Shown: positions 29,948-41,166, counted from the stretch's first letter. The stretch is DNA of 64,000 bases from an uncultured Candidatus Saccharibacteria bacterium (GCA_964618625.1 CAZUBI010000001.1:254930-318929); one strand, 5' to 3'. The notes: generated by a model not told the origin, from the letters alone. Numbers and translations are program-made.

Positions 29948-32900
29948 TCAGCCCTCTATTGGCTCAATTTCTTCCAATCTTTCCCCAATAATCTGATAAC
30001 TGCCATTTCTTTTGTCCATCCTGCCTTCTACTAATAAGACTTTGTCTTCTCCAAGCACGGCTAAATTATTAGCTAATACTGCTGGATATAAAACGACTTC
30101 AATAGAATTATTATAATCAGCCAAGCGTGTAAAAACCATTGGTTTTCCCATTTTTGTTCTTACCTTTTGAATGTGTGAAATAAAACCGCAAACTTTGATT
30201 TTTCTTCCAAGATGACGAGGGTCTAATTGGCTGACTGTAAGAGCTATTTTACCTAAAACATTTTTATAACTATCCAAAGGATGACCAGTGAGATAAATAC
30301 CTAAATATTCTCTTTCCCAGTTTATTCTTTTTGTTTTATCAGGCGGCTTAATTGAATTATTCCTTTTTAAATACTCAAGTATATCATCGGATTTGCTCTC
30401 ATTGAATAAACTCATTTGCTGGTCATTTTTATGATTATGAAATCGATAAACCCAATCTAAGATTTCTTCCAAGTGATCGTTCATTAATTCCCTATCACCA
30501 AAACAATCTAATGCTCCGGCTCTAATAAGGCTTTCCAAACTTTTCTTATTTAGAGCCTGACGCGGCATTCTTTTCAAGAAATCAGTGAGATTTTTAAAAA
30601 TGCCGTTATTTTGCCTTTCTTCTTGAATTATGGTGGCAACTCCTTCTCCTACGTTTTTTATAGCCGCTAAACTGAAAAAAATATTTCCTGTTTTTTTGTC
30701 TGTACCAAATTCTGCAAAAGATTCATTTACAGAAGGAGACATTACTTTAATACCTAATCTTTGGCATTCAGCTATTTCAATGGCAATTCTGTCTAAATTA
30801 CCAAAGTCTGAAGTCAAAAGAGCGGCCATAAAAGCATTTGGATAATGGGATTTAAGCCAAGCTGTTTGATAAGTGATACGCGCGTAAGAAGCACTATGAC
30901 TTTTATTAAAACCATAACGCGCAAAAGGTTCTACCCAAGCCCAAATTTTTTCCGCGATTGGTTTCTTAATATCATTCTTTATCATTCCTTCTATTAATTT
31001 TTCTCTCTGAGCTTGTAATAATGTTTTAATTTTTTTACCAACAGCTTTTCTAAGAACATCAGCTTCAGCCATAGAAAAACCTCCTAAATCATGGGCTATT
31101 TGCATAAGCTGTTCCTGATAGATGCAAATGTTATAGGTTTTTTCTAAAATTGGTTTTAATTTAGGATGAAGATAAATTATTTTTTCTTTACCCCTCTTAC
31201 GGTTAATAAATGATGGAATGAATTCCATTGGTCCGGGGCGATACAAGGAAAGCATAGCTATAATGTCTTCAAATTTTGTCGGTTTTAATTCCTGAAGATA
31301 TCTTCGCATACCCGCCGACTCCACTTGGAACAGTCCAACTGTATTTCCATCAGAAAGCAATTTATAAACTTTTTTATCTTCATATCCCACTTTATCTAAA
31401 TCTATTTCATCACCATAAACCTTTTTAATAATTCTTAAAGCGTTTTTTATAATGGTTAAATTGGCTAATCCTAAAATATCAACTTTAAGCAATCCTATTT
31501 TCTCCAAAGCATACATATCATACTGGGTTATTACTTCTTGATCATTCCTGCTTGAATGTTGTAAAGGGCTATAATTAACTAAAGGTTCGCGAGAAATAAC
31601 CACTCCAGCGGCATGAGTGGAGGCATGGCGAGCCACGCCTTCCAATTGCTGAGCCATATCAACAATATCCTGAGCGTCGGTATTGGTTTCATATAATTGC
31701 CTAAGCTCTGGAACTACACTTAATGCTTTTTTGATTGTTATATTTGGTGGAAGAAGTTTGGAAATTTGATCTCCTAAAGCGTATGGATGGCCTAAAGCCC
31801 TAGTAACGTCGCGAACAGCTAAACGGGATTTCATTATTCCAAAAGTAATAATCTGAGCCACATGATCCTGACCATATTTTTCAGTAATATAATTGATTAA
31901 ATCCGCTCTTCTATTATCGGCAATATCCAAATCTATATCTGGCGGTTGAATTCTTTCTGGGTTTAAAAAACGCTCAAAATAAAGCCCATGCTCTAATGGA
32001 TCAACAGATGTGATATCCAAAACATATGCAATTAAACTTCCAGCTGCAGACCCTCTTGTATTAGTTAATATTCCTTCTTCTTTGGTAAAACGAATAAAAT
32101 CTTCAATAATCAAAAAATAATCGGCAAAACCGGTTTTCCTGATAACATCTAATTCATAATCAAATCTCTCTTTTGCTTCTTTATTTTTTAGAGAATAAAT
32201 CTTTTTAAAATTTTCTAAGGATAACTTTTTCAAATATTGGAAAGAATCTTCTCCTTTGGGTGTAGTAAAATGTGGCAAGATTACTTCTCCAATATCCAAT
32301 TCCAAATTGCACTGTTCAACTATTTTCTTAATGTTTTCGAATAATTCAGGATGGTCAGAAAAATCTTTTGCAATTTCTTCTGGCGATTTAAAATACAATT
32401 CCATTTCTTTCATACTCAAACGATCTTCATTCTCAATATCAGTTCCCGTTTGAATTGCCAAAAGAACATCTTGAGCTTCTTTATCTTCTTTTTTAACATA
32501 ATGAATATCAGTTGTTATAATTGCCGGAATATTTAATTCTTTGGAAATTTTCAACAACCCATCATTTATTTTCTTCTGATCTGGCAATTCTGGATGATGT
32601 TGTAATTCTAAATAAAAATTATCTTTTCCAAAAATTTTCTGATATTCTTTAGCTAATTCTAATGCTTTTTTAAAATCTTCCACCAAAAGCGCTGAAGGAA
32701 TTTCGCCTTTCGCGCATGCCGAAAGCACAATCAATCCGTCACTATGCTTCTTTAAAACTTCCTTGTCTATACGAGGTTTATAATAAAAACCTTCCAGTTC
32801 CCCGATAGTAACCAGTTTTAATAAATTACGATAACCTGTTTTATTTTTCGCCAAAAGTACAAGGTGATATAATTTAGCATCAACTTTTGGCGTTTTATCA

Positions 32901-33124
32901 GTAAGAGAACGCGAAGCCAAATAAACTTCACAACCAATTATCGGTTTAATCCCCATCTTTTTGGCAAGAGAATAAAATTCTATTGCCCCATACATTACCC
33001 CGTGGTCAGTCAAAGCCAACGCATCCAAGCCCATTTCCTTTGCTTGCTTTAAAAGCTGCTCTGGACGGGGCAAGCCATCTAATAAAGAATAGTGGCTATG
33101 GACATGAAGATGGGTAAAATACAT
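29948..33124 (-). CDS. dnaE: DNA polymerase III alpha subunit
   Basis: PHP HLHVHSHYSLLDG, RGSAAGS, PDIDLD, YGFNKSH. Confidence 0.97.
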   Translation of the reverse strand: MYFTHLHVHSHYSLLDGLPRPEQLLKQAKEMGLDALALTDHGVMYGAIEFYSLAKKMGIKPIIGCEVYLASRSLTDKTPKVDAKLYHLVLLAKNKTGYRNLLKLVTIGELEGFYYKPRIDKEVLKKHSDGLIVLSACAKGEIPSALLVEDFKKALELAKEYQKIFGKDNFYLELQHHPELPDQKKINDGLLKISKELNIPAIITTDIHYVKKEDKEAQDVLLAIQTGTDIENEDRLSMKEMELYFKSPEEIAKDFSDHPELFENIKKIVEQCNLELDIGEVILPHFTTPKGEDSFQYLKKLSLENFKKIYSLKNKEAKERFDYELDVIRKTGFADYFLIIEDFIRFTKEEGILTNTRGSAAGSLIAYVLDITSVDPLEHGLYFERFLNPERIQPPDIDLDIADNRRADLINYITEKYGQDHVAQIITFGIMKSRLAVRDVTRALGHPYALGDQISKLLPPNITIKKALSVVPELRQLYETNTDAQDIVDMAQQLEGVARHASTHAAGVVISREPLVNYSPLQHSSRNDQEVITQYDMYALEKIGLLKVDILGLANLTIIKNALRIIKKVYGDEIDLDKVGYEDKKVYKLLSDGNTVGLFQVESAGMRRYLQELKPTKFEDIIAMLSLYRPGPMEFIPSFINRKRGKEKIIYLHPKLKPILEKTYNICIYQEQLMQIAHDLGGFSMAEADVLRKAVGKKIKTLLQAQREKLIEGMIKNDIKKPIAEKIWAWVEPFARYGFNKSHSASYARITYQTAWLKSHYPNAFMAALLTSDFGNLDRIAIEIAECQRLGIKVMSPSVNESFAEFGTDKKTGNIFFSLAAIKNVGEGVATIIQEERQNNGIFKNLTDFLKRMPRQALNKKSLESLIRAGALDCFGDRELMNDHLEEILDWVYRFHNHKNDQQMSLFNESKSDDILEYLKRNNSIKPPDKTKRINWEREYLGIYLTGHPLDSYKNVLGKIALTVSQLDPRHLGRKIKVCGFISHIQKVRTKMGKPMVFTRLADYNNSIEVVLYPAVLANNLAVLGEDKVLLVEGRMDKRNGSYQIIGERLEEIEPIEG

Positions 33125-33187
33125 AATATATAAGTCAAGCAGTTAAAACTAAAAGTATTTTATCATAAGAAATAGAAAAGGCAAAAC

Positions 33188-33834
<647 letters not shown>

Positions 33835-33838
<4 letters not shown>

Positions 33839-34704
33839 ATAAATTATTAGTAATTCTAGGACATACTGCTTCTGGTAAATCTGATTTAGCTATTAAGATG
33901 GCTAAACTTTTTAATGGGGAAATTATTTCAGCAGACTCACGCCAGATATATAAAGAAATGAATATTGGAACAGCAAAACCAATAAAAGATAATCTGCATC
34001 ATTTATTAGATTTAATTAATCCTGACAAACATTTTTCTGCGGCTCAGTATAAAGAATTAGCGTATAAAACTATAGAAGATATACAAAATAGAAACAAATT
34101 ACCAATTCTTTGCGGCGGTACTGGTCTTTATATTTCGTCAGTTATTGAAAACTGGCAATTTCCAAAAATTCCCCCTCAAGAAAAATTAAGAAAAGAATTG
34201 GAAAAAAAGTCCACAGAACAACTTTTTGAAATTTACCGAAAAATAGACCCTAATGGGGCAAAATTTATTGATAACAAGAATAAAAGAAGATTAATCCGCG
34301 CAATTGAGGTCTGTAAAGCCAATAACAAACCTTTTTGGCAACAAAGGAAAAAAGCTAAATCTGTTTTTGATACTTTATTAATCGGTATAAGATTGCCAAA
34401 AGAAGAATTGAAGAAAAAAATCACAAAAAGAATCAAGAAAATGATGAAAATGGGATTGGAAACAGAAGTAAAAATATTAGTCAAAAAATACAGTTGGATT
34501 TCTTCGCTTCAAACTATTGGATATCAAGAATGGAAATTATATTTTGATAACAAAATTAATAAAAAAGAAGTCCAAGATTTAATTGAACTTCATACTATTC
34601 AGTATGGTAAACGACAAATGACGTGGTTTAAAAAAATGAAAAATGTAAACTGGATTGAAAAACCTGAAAAAGCAATAGAAATATTAAAGTTGTTTCTTGA
34701 ATAA
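33835..34704 (+). CDS. miaA: tRNA dimethylallyltransferase
   Basis: GHTASGKS, SADSRQIY, GGTGLY, KRQMTWF. Confidence 0.95.
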
Positions 34705-36162
34705 TTTTTCCAATGATTTTGGATCAGCTGCTCCACGTGTTTTTGCCATTGCCTGACCAACTAAAAATTGAAGCGCGTTTTCCTTTCCTTTTTTATAATC
34801 CTCAATTGTTTTGGGATTATTTTTTATTATTTCCAAAATAATCGGTTCTAATTTACTTACGTCACTAATTTTCTCTAATCCTTTTGATTTTATTATTTCT
34901 TCTGGTTTACCCCCTTTTTCTACCATCTCTGCCAAAATATCTTTACCAGCCCGGGAAGATATTTTATCTTCAAATAAAAGAACCATTAATTGAGAAAAAC
35001 TTTTGGAAGTTATTTTAAGTTTTTCCCATGCAATCAATTTTGATTCCATTAATCCTTTCAAATCACTGGTTAAATAATTATAAGCTAAATTAATTGCTTT
35101 TTCTTTATTTTCCAATCCAATACCATCAAATTCTCCAACTACTTGTTCAAAAAAATTCATTAATTCTTCATCTTGAATCAATAAATTAATATTTTCTAAG
35201 AAAGTGTATGATTTTGTAATTCTTTCTTTTCTTTCCCATGGCAATTCAGGCATTTGTTTTTTTATTTCTTCTAAATTAAATAATCCGTCTGATTCATCTT
35301 TTGAATAAATGCGCAATCGTGGTAAATCAGGTTCTGGAAAATAACGATAATCTTGAGCTTCTTCTTTCAAGCGTTGAGAATAAGTAATTTCTTTTTCTGC
35401 ATTCCATCCACGAGTTTCTTGAATTACTTTTTCTCCCTTTTCTAAAATTTCCTTTTGCCTTTGAATTTCAAAATCAATTGATTTTTCCACTGCCCGAAAA
35501 GAATTTAGATTTTTAATTTCCACTTTTGTCCCTAATTTCTCATCCTTAGACAATGATATATTCACTTCACAACGCATCTGGCCTCTTTCCATATCTGCTT
35601 CTGAAACGCCTAATGTTCTCAAAAGCAATTGAAGCCCCTGAGCAAATAACCTTGCTTCTTTTGCACTATGTATAACTGGTTCTGTCACTAACTCCATTAA
35701 CGGAACACCTGCCCTATTAAAGTCAATCAAAGTTGACTTTCCATCTGCAGAATGAATTAACTTACCAGTATCTTCTTCCAAATGAACACGGGTAATTTCA
35801 ATTTTCTTTTTAGATTCTTCTAAATCATTACTTAGAAATAAAGATAATTCTCCTCCTTTACATAGAGGCATATCATATTGGGATATCTGATAGCCTTTTG
35901 GTAAATCAGGATAAAAATAATTCTTTCTATCAAATTTAGAATACTCGGGAATTTCTGAATTTAAAGCCAAGCCAACCGTTATAACCTGCCCCAACGCTTT
36001 TTTATTTATAATAGGAAGCGTCCCTGGATGCGCAGTACATGTTGGACAAATATTTCTATTAGCAATCTTTTCTTCTGGATTATTTAAACAATCACAAAAC
36101 ATTTTTGTTTTGGTTTTTAATTCTGCATGCACTTCCAGTCCCAAAGTTGGTTTAAATTCCAT
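34684..36162 (-). CDS. gatB: Asp/Glu-tRNA amidotransferase subunit B
   Basis: GLEVHAEL, RKNYFYPDLPKGYQISQ, DYRYFPEPDLP. Confidence 0.97.
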   Translation of the reverse strand: MEFKPTLGLEVHAELKTKTKMFCDCLNNPEEKIANRNICPTCTAHPGTLPIINKKALGQVITVGLALNSEIPEYSKFDRKNYFYPDLPKGYQISQYDMPLCKGGELSLFLSNDLEESKKKIEITRVHLEEDTGKLIHSADGKSTLIDFNRAGVPLMELVTEPVIHSAKEARLFAQGLQLLLRTLGVSEADMERGQMRCEVNISLSKDEKLGTKVEIKNLNSFRAVEKSIDFEIQRQKEILEKGEKVIQETRGWNAEKEITYSQRLKEEAQDYRYFPEPDLPRLRIYSKDESDGLFNLEEIKKQMPELPWERKERITKSYTFLENINLLIQDEELMNFFEQVVGEFDGIGLENKEKAINLAYNYLTSDLKGLMESKLIAWEKLKITSKSFSQLMVLLFEDKISSRAGKDILAEMVEKGGKPEEIIKSKGLEKISDVSKLEPIILEIIKNNPKTIEDYKKGKENALQFLVGQAMAKTRGAADPKSLEKLFKKQL

Positions 36163-36216
36163 ATCATTAAATAATCTTTTAAGTATTATAACTAATATTT
36201 GCTATCATTGCCACTG

Positions 36217-36245
36217 TTGACAGAATAAAGATAAAAATGTATATT
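36217..36245 (+). promoter_or_regulatory. sigma70-like promoter of the tmk-HD-thyX operon
   Basis: TTGACA-17 nt-TATATT. Confidence 0.6.
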
Positions 36246-36308
36246 AAAGATAATCAAACTAACGCGTGTAACTTGAAAAAATAAAAAAAAGAAAGGATGT
36301 GAAAAGAA

Positions 36309-36947
36309 ATGAGAACTGGTATTTTTATTGCTTTTGAAGGAGGAGAAAATTGCGGGAAAAGCACAGTAAGTAAATTCCTTGTGGAAAAGCTCAACGAGAT
36401 GAACTTTCCTACTATATGGACCAGAGAGCCAGGCGGAACAAAATGCCCTGTGTCAGAGAAGATTAGAGAAATCATTATAGATCCAAAAAATAAGATCTGT
36501 GATAAAACCGAAGCATTACTTTTTGCTGCTTCTCGAGCACAGCATATCAAGAAGCTTATTCTACCTTGTTTAAAAGAAGGTACTAATATAGTGAGTGACC
36601 GGTTCGTGCTTTCATCGTATATATATCAAGGAATTGGAAGAAAGCTTGGTATATCTATAGTCAAAATTATTAACGACATCGCTTGCAAAGGATTAGAACC
36701 AGACATAACCTTCTTATTAGATTTAGATGTAAAAAAAGGAGAAGAAAGGACTCCTAAAAAGAAAAAGGACAGAATAGAAAAGGAGAAACCTTCTTTCCAC
36801 CGACTGATTAGACGAGGATATCTCAAACTTACAAAGAAAGATCCAAACATAATAATCGTAAACGCTGAACTGCCTGTAGAAAAAGTATGCCAAAAAGTCC
36901 TAAGACAGACTCTGAAAATAATAAAAATGAAAGGAAGGAAAGTATAA
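36309..36947 (+). CDS. tmk: Thymidylate kinase
   Basis: FEGGENCGKST, TREPGG, LLFAASRAQH, SDRF..SS..YQG. Confidence 0.93.
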   Translation: MRTGIFIAFEGGENCGKSTVSKFLVEKLNEMNFPTIWTREPGGTKCPVSEKIREIIIDPKNKICDKTEALLFAASRAQHIKKLILPCLKEGTNIVSDRFVLSSYIYQGIGRKLGISIVKIINDIACKGLEPDITFLLDLDVKKGEERTPKKKKDRIEKEKPSFHRLIRRGYLKLTKKDPNIIIVNAELPVEKVCQKVLRQTLKIIKMKGRKV

Positions 36948-37636
36948 TGAGTAATAAATGGGAGAAAGAACTGATGCGGAGGTTAAAAACGCTTTATTTT
37001 ATGGCAAAACAAGATGGCAGGATGTTTCCAGAACATAATCTAAACCATGCCCAAAGAGTCAAAAATTTGTGTTTTTTCATAAACGAAAAAGATTCTTTGA
37101 ATTTAGACAAAGAAATCCTAACAGCTTCAGCCCTTTTGCATGATATTGGCTATATCTCAGATGATAGCCCAAAACATGTCAAAAGTAGCATTCAAATTGC
37201 TCAAGGATTATTGCCTAAAATACAATTTCCAAAAAATAAAATCGCTTCTGTAATAGTGTGCATAAAGAATCATGACACTGTCCCGGGAAGATTAGGATGG
37301 AAACAAAGGGTGCCAATGGAATGTAGAATTCTTAGAGACTCAGATGCCATTGAATCTCTAGGGTGTCTTGGTATTATTCGTTATGCATCATGGGGTGGCA
37401 GGCATCAAATGCCAATCTATAACCAAAAATCACAAGAATTGGTTGATGATAAAAACAGCGTTTTCCCTAACATTGATTTAATGAAAAACATCAAAATCCG
37501 AACCGCAGAACTAATAGCTAGATGTTGTACGAAGACAGGAATGGAAATAATGCAAAAAAGATTAGAAATAATGCAAAAGTTTATTTTTGAGATTGAAAAA
37601 GAAATTAACTTTGCAAAAAATTTAGGAGGTGAATAA
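36947..37636 (+). CDS. HD-domain phosphohydrolase
   Basis: H...H..RV, ALLHDIG, H, RDSD pattern; start at MSNKWE overlapping the tmk stop. Confidence 0.85.
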   Translation: MSNKWEKELMRRLKTLYFMAKQDGRMFPEHNLNHAQRVKNLCFFINEKDSLNLDKEILTASALLHDIGYISDDSPKHVKSSIQIAQGLLPKIQFPKNKIASVIVCIKNHDTVPGRLGWKQRVPMECRILRDSDAIESLGCLGIIRYASWGGRHQMPIYNQKSQELVDDKNSVFPNIDLMKNIKIRTAELIARCCTKTGMEIMQKRLEIMQKFIFEIEKEINFAKNLGGE

Positions 37637-37638
37637 GA

Positions 37639-38295
37639 ATGAATTTTATTGAAGTTATCAAACCGCAATTTTTTATTGAAACGCCTATTGACGGTGGAGA
37701 AATCCTAGAAAGAATTGAACGTTTTGGTAGAATATCTCATAAAAGCGAAGATAAAATAGAAGCTGGAACTGCTGAAATTTTCATAAAAAAGCTTTTGGAA
37801 ATGGGGCATGAAAGTGTATTAGAGCATGTAAGTATCTCCGCTAGATTTATCTGTGATAGGGGTGTTTCTCATGAATTAGTCAGACATCGAATTGCTGCTT
37901 ATACGCAGGAGTCAACACGTTATTACAATTATTCAGGGGCTATCAAATTTATAAAACCTTTGTTTTATAAAGAAGGGACTAAAAATTATCAAATCTGGTA
38001 TCAATCTTGTTTAGCATCAGCTGACACCTATAGAATATTAATAATACAAGGAAGTAAACCAGAAGAGGCAAGAAGTGTACTACCCAATTCTCTAAAAACA
38101 GAAATTGTTAGCACTTTCAATTTAAGACAGTGGAGACATGTTTTAAAAATGCGCTGTAATATCAACGCCCATCCACAGATAAGAGAGATAATGATTCCTA
38201 CTCTCAAAAGATTTCAAAAAGAAATTCCTATTATTTTCGATGACTTAATTATTGAGAAAAATCAAAGTCTCTCATTCCCTTTCTATACTACTTAA
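37639..38295 (+). CDS. thyX: FAD-dependent thymidylate synthase ThyX
   Basis: GHESVLEH, SHELVRHR....QESTRY, EEARSVLP, AHPQIR. Confidence 0.92.
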   Translation: MNFIEVIKPQFFIETPIDGGEILERIERFGRISHKSEDKIEAGTAEIFIKKLLEMGHESVLEHVSISARFICDRGVSHELVRHRIAAYTQESTRYYNYSGAIKFIKPLFYKEGTKNYQIWYQSCLASADTYRILIIQGSKPEEARSVLPNSLKTEIVSTFNLRQWRHVLKMRCNINAHPQIREIMIPTLKRFQKEIPIIFDDLIIEKNQSLSFPFYTT

Positions 38296-38316
38296 TTTAA
38301 ATCAACGAATTTAAAT

Positions 38317-38352
38317 TAAAACCGCCCTGTGGAAAATTCCCGGGGCGTTTTT
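38317..38352. terminator. Bidirectional terminator between thyX and rplK
   Basis: aaaaccgccctg...cggggcgttttt between convergent genes. Confidence 0.7.
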
Positions 38353-38382
38353 ATGTACCTATTATATATCTCTGTTATATAT

Positions 38383-38808
38383 TTATTTTTCTATTTCTAT
38401 ACCCATACTTCTCGCTGTTCCTTCCACCATTTTCATAGCCGCTTCTATGTCTGTTGTATTCAAATCAGGCATTTTCCTTTTAGCAATTTCTTCTACCTGC
38501 TTTTTTGTAATCTTTCCAACTTTATCCTTTAAAGGATTACCAGCTCCTTTTTGTATCCCTGCTGCTTTGCGTAATAAATCAGAGACTGGCGGTTGTTTAA
38601 ATTTTAAATCAAAACTTCTGTCTTGATAAACTGTAATTTCTACAGGAATGATATCTCCAGCTTGATCTTTTGTCTTTTCATTGAATCGCGTGCAAAATTC
38701 CTGAATATTTAAACCGTGCTGACCTAAAGCAGGACCAACAGGTGGAGCAGGGTTAGCCTGTCCAGCAGGAATCTGTAAAATTAAAGTTGTTTTTATTACT
38801 TTTCCCAT
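38383..38808 (-). CDS. rplK: 50S ribosomal protein L11
   Basis: [26 protein letters not shown]. Confidence 0.97.
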   Translation of the reverse strand: MGKVIKTTLILQIPAGQANPAPPVGPALGQHGLNIQEFCTRFNEKTKDQAGDIIPVEITVYQDRSFDLKFKQPPVSDLLRKAAGIQKGAGNPLKDKVGKITKKQVEEIAKRKMPDLNTTDIEAAMKMVEGTARSMGIEIEK

Positions 38809-38819
38809 ATTTAAATATT

Positions 38820-39365
38820 TTAATCTTTTTTAACTTGAAGAAAGTCTAAATCTACCGGAGTATCTCTTCCAAATAGAGACACTAATACTTTAACTCTTCC
38901 CCTTTCGTGGTCTATTTCATCCACTTTCCCTTGTTTGTCTTTAAAAGGTCCGTCAATAATAGTAACTAAATCTCCTTCTGTAAAATCTATTTTGTATTTT
39001 GGCTCTTCCTCCCCCGTTTTTTTTAAAATATTCTTTATCTCGTCGTCTTGGACAGGACGAGGAGTTGTCCCTGCTCCAATAAAACCTGTCACCATTGGGG
39101 TATTTCTTACAACATACCACGAATCATCAGTAACAATCATTTCAACAAAAACATAGCCTGGATATATTTTTTCTTCAACAACAGCGCGCTTACTATGCTT
39201 TATTTTTATTTTTTTCTCTTTAGGCACTAAAACATTAAAAATCTTATCCTGCATCTGTAAAGACTCAACTCTTTGTTTTAAACTCCGAGCTACCGCGTCT
39301 TCATATCCAGAATAAGTATGAATTACATACCAGTTTCTTCCTAAATTTATCTGCTGTTTTGGCAT
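38820..39365 (-). CDS. nusG: Transcription factor NusG
   Basis: [23 protein letters not shown] domain, FGRDTPV. Confidence 0.97.
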   Translation of the reverse strand: MPKQQINLGRNWYVIHTYSGYEDAVARSLKQRVESLQMQDKIFNVLVPKEKKIKIKHSKRAVVEEKIYPGYVFVEMIVTDDSWYVVRNTPMVTGFIGAGTTPRPVQDDEIKNILKKTGEEEPKYKIDFTEGDLVTIIDGPFKDKQGKVDEIDHERGRVKVLVSLFGRDTPVDLDFLQVKKD

Positions 39366-39398
39366 AAATCAATTAACAATAAAGAATTAATACAAATA

Positions 39399-39581
39399 TC
39401 ATTTAATAAGAGTGCTCATGGCACGCATGAATCCAAAATCAATAAGCCCAAGAATAATAGCAACAGTGAAAGAAAGCCCAAGAACACCCAAAGTATAACG
39501 TATTGTTTCTTTACGCGTAGGCCAATTTACTTTCTTTAATTCTTGAATAGCTCCTTTAAAATACCTTTTTATATTTTTCAT
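39399..39581 (-). CDS. secE: Preprotein translocase SecE
   Basis: ELKKVNWPTRKE plus one TM; upstream of nusG; start moved to MKNIKR. Confidence 0.92.
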   Translation of the reverse strand: MKNIKRYFKGAIQELKKVNWPTRKETIRYTLGVLGLSFTVAIILGLIDFGFMRAMSTLIK

Positions 39582-39625
39582 TTTTTTCTTTTTAAAAATG
39601 CCCCAAAGGGCACTTTTATAGTCTA

Positions 39626-40180
39626 TCACAAACCAAGTTTTTTATCAATCTTTTGCATCCCCTGTAAAACCAACCCTACGAACTCTTTTAAAGGAAGCTC
39701 TAATAAAGATTCACATTGTTTAATAATTTCCCGGTTAGCCCCTTTAGCAAACCCCCTTTCTTTAAAACGATTTAAAATATTATCAATTGTCACATCTTTT
39801 ATTTGCTTGGAAGGTAATACTAAAACAGACGCGACAATTAAACCAGTTAAAGGATCCACACAAAATAAAGCTTTTGCCATTTTGGTTTCAGGAGCAATAC
39901 CATGAATTTCATTATGAGTTTTTACCGCTTCTACAATTTCTTGATCTACACCCTGTTTCTGTAAAAACTCTGCTCCTATTAAAGAATGTTTTTCTGGCTT
40001 GTCTTTTGTATCCTCATAATCTATATCATGAAGTAGTCCAGTTATTTCCCATTTTTCTTCATCTTCTTTAAAATATCTTGCTAATTCTTTCATGGCAGCT
40101 CCACAAGCTAAACAATGCTTAATCAAATTAGGCGTTTTAACTTTATCAGTTAACATTAACAAAGCTTCATTTTCATTCAT
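39626..40180 (-). CDS. HDIG/HD-domain protein
   Basis: LIKHCLA, GLLHDIDYE, H, D.LTGLI. Confidence 0.85.
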   Translation of the reverse strand: MNENEALLMLTDKVKTPNLIKHCLACGAAMKELARYFKEDEEKWEITGLLHDIDYEDTKDKPEKHSLIGAEFLQKQGVDQEIVEAVKTHNEIHGIAPETKMAKALFCVDPLTGLIVASVLVLPSKQIKDVTIDNILNRFKERGFAKGANREIIKQCESLLELPLKEFVGLVLQGMQKIDKKLGL

Positions 40181-40462
40181 AATAGATACTCGTCTTATAA
40201 AAATTAATTCTAAGAATTATTATAAGATAGAAAAAAATAATGTCAATATCGCTTGACAAGATAGGGATTTAGTGTAGAATAATATGCAATGAAGCTGAAT
40301 CTTATGAAACTTACTAAATTACTCAATGGGAAGGCTATAACCTGTTCATAAAAATTTTGCAGCGATTCAGCTTCATTGCCATACATCTTCGTATTGAACC
40401 TTGAAAAAAATTTAAAAAGAGGAGGAAAAATAAAAGAAATAAAATGAAAGGATAAAGAATTA

Positions 40463-40612
40463 ATGAGAAAGCATATTTTTATAGAAATACTAGAAAACGG
40501 CACTAAAAAGGATTGTAAAAATTCAAGAATGAGATCAAAGATTATTTCTAGATTTAAGAAAATAAAAATTGAAAAAGAAAAAGAATTAAAAAAAGAAAAG
40601 GAGAAAAGATGA
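40463..40612 (+). CDS. Small Lys/Glu-rich hypothetical ORF (49 aa)
   Basis: MRKHIFIE...KEKEKR; stop overlaps the next start (ATGA); not in the ORF track. Confidence 0.35.
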   Translation: MRKHIFIEILENGTKKDCKNSRMRSKIISRFKKIKIEKEKELKKEKEKR

Positions 40613-40974
40613 AACTGATAGAAAAGTGTAATCATACTACAAATGGAGGTTCTTGCAACACAAAGAAGAATCAAGAGACAGGGTTGTATGAACCATGTGT
40701 GTTTTCAGAATGGACAGCATGGAAAAAACAATGTAAAGGTAAAGGCAAAAAAGAAACAATAAGATTTCTTCAGGATACTATTGTGTCTCTGGATTTAAAA
40801 ATGTGTCAGTGCAGAAAAAGAATAGAAAAAACATGGTGTAATCATAAGAAAACGGAAATGGAAATAAAAAATATTAAAAAACAGGTTCAAAAAGAAATAG
40901 ATAAAATTAATTCTAAAATTGAATCAATCTTAAGATCAAGTCGCTATAGCAAGAATCATCTAATCAAACTATAA
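40609..40974 (+). CDS. Orphan Cys-rich / coiled-coil protein
   Basis: 121-aa ORF between a promoter and a terminator; no family recognised. Confidence 0.5.
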   Translation: MKLIEKCNHTTNGGSCNTKKNQETGLYEPCVFSEWTAWKKQCKGKGKKETIRFLQDTIVSLDLKMCQCRKRIEKTWCNHKKTEMEIKNIKKQVQKEIDKINSKIESILRSSRYSKNHLIKL

Positions 40975-41022
40975 TCTAATCATTATCTTCTCCTAATAAC
41001 TCATAATTATAAAGCTAGCTAG

Positions 41023-41052
41023 CAAATAGGGAACCATCTGGGGTTCCCTTTT
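41023..41052. terminator. Intrinsic terminator
   Basis: agggaacc-atctgg-ggttcccttttaa. Confidence 0.7.
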
Positions 41053-41055
41053 AAT

Positions 41056-41130
41056 TTATTTGATTTCTAAAAGCTCAACTTCGAATATAAGAGTTGCATT
41101 TGGAGGAATTGCGCCAGGTTTTCCATTTTC
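41056..41130 (-). pseudogene. C-terminal remnant of an FKBP-type peptidyl-prolyl isomerase
   Basis: Translates ENGKPGAIPPNATLIFEVELLEIK*; in-frame stop just upstream and no start codon. Confidence 0.75.
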
Positions 41131-41166
41131 GTTTTTCTATTCTATCATAACTTAATCTATTTTTCA

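Noticed and set aside
40243-40674. 143-aa Phe/Ser-rich minus-strand ORF
   Set aside because: Shadow of a purine-rich plus strand; the promoter and terminator favour the plus-strand unit.
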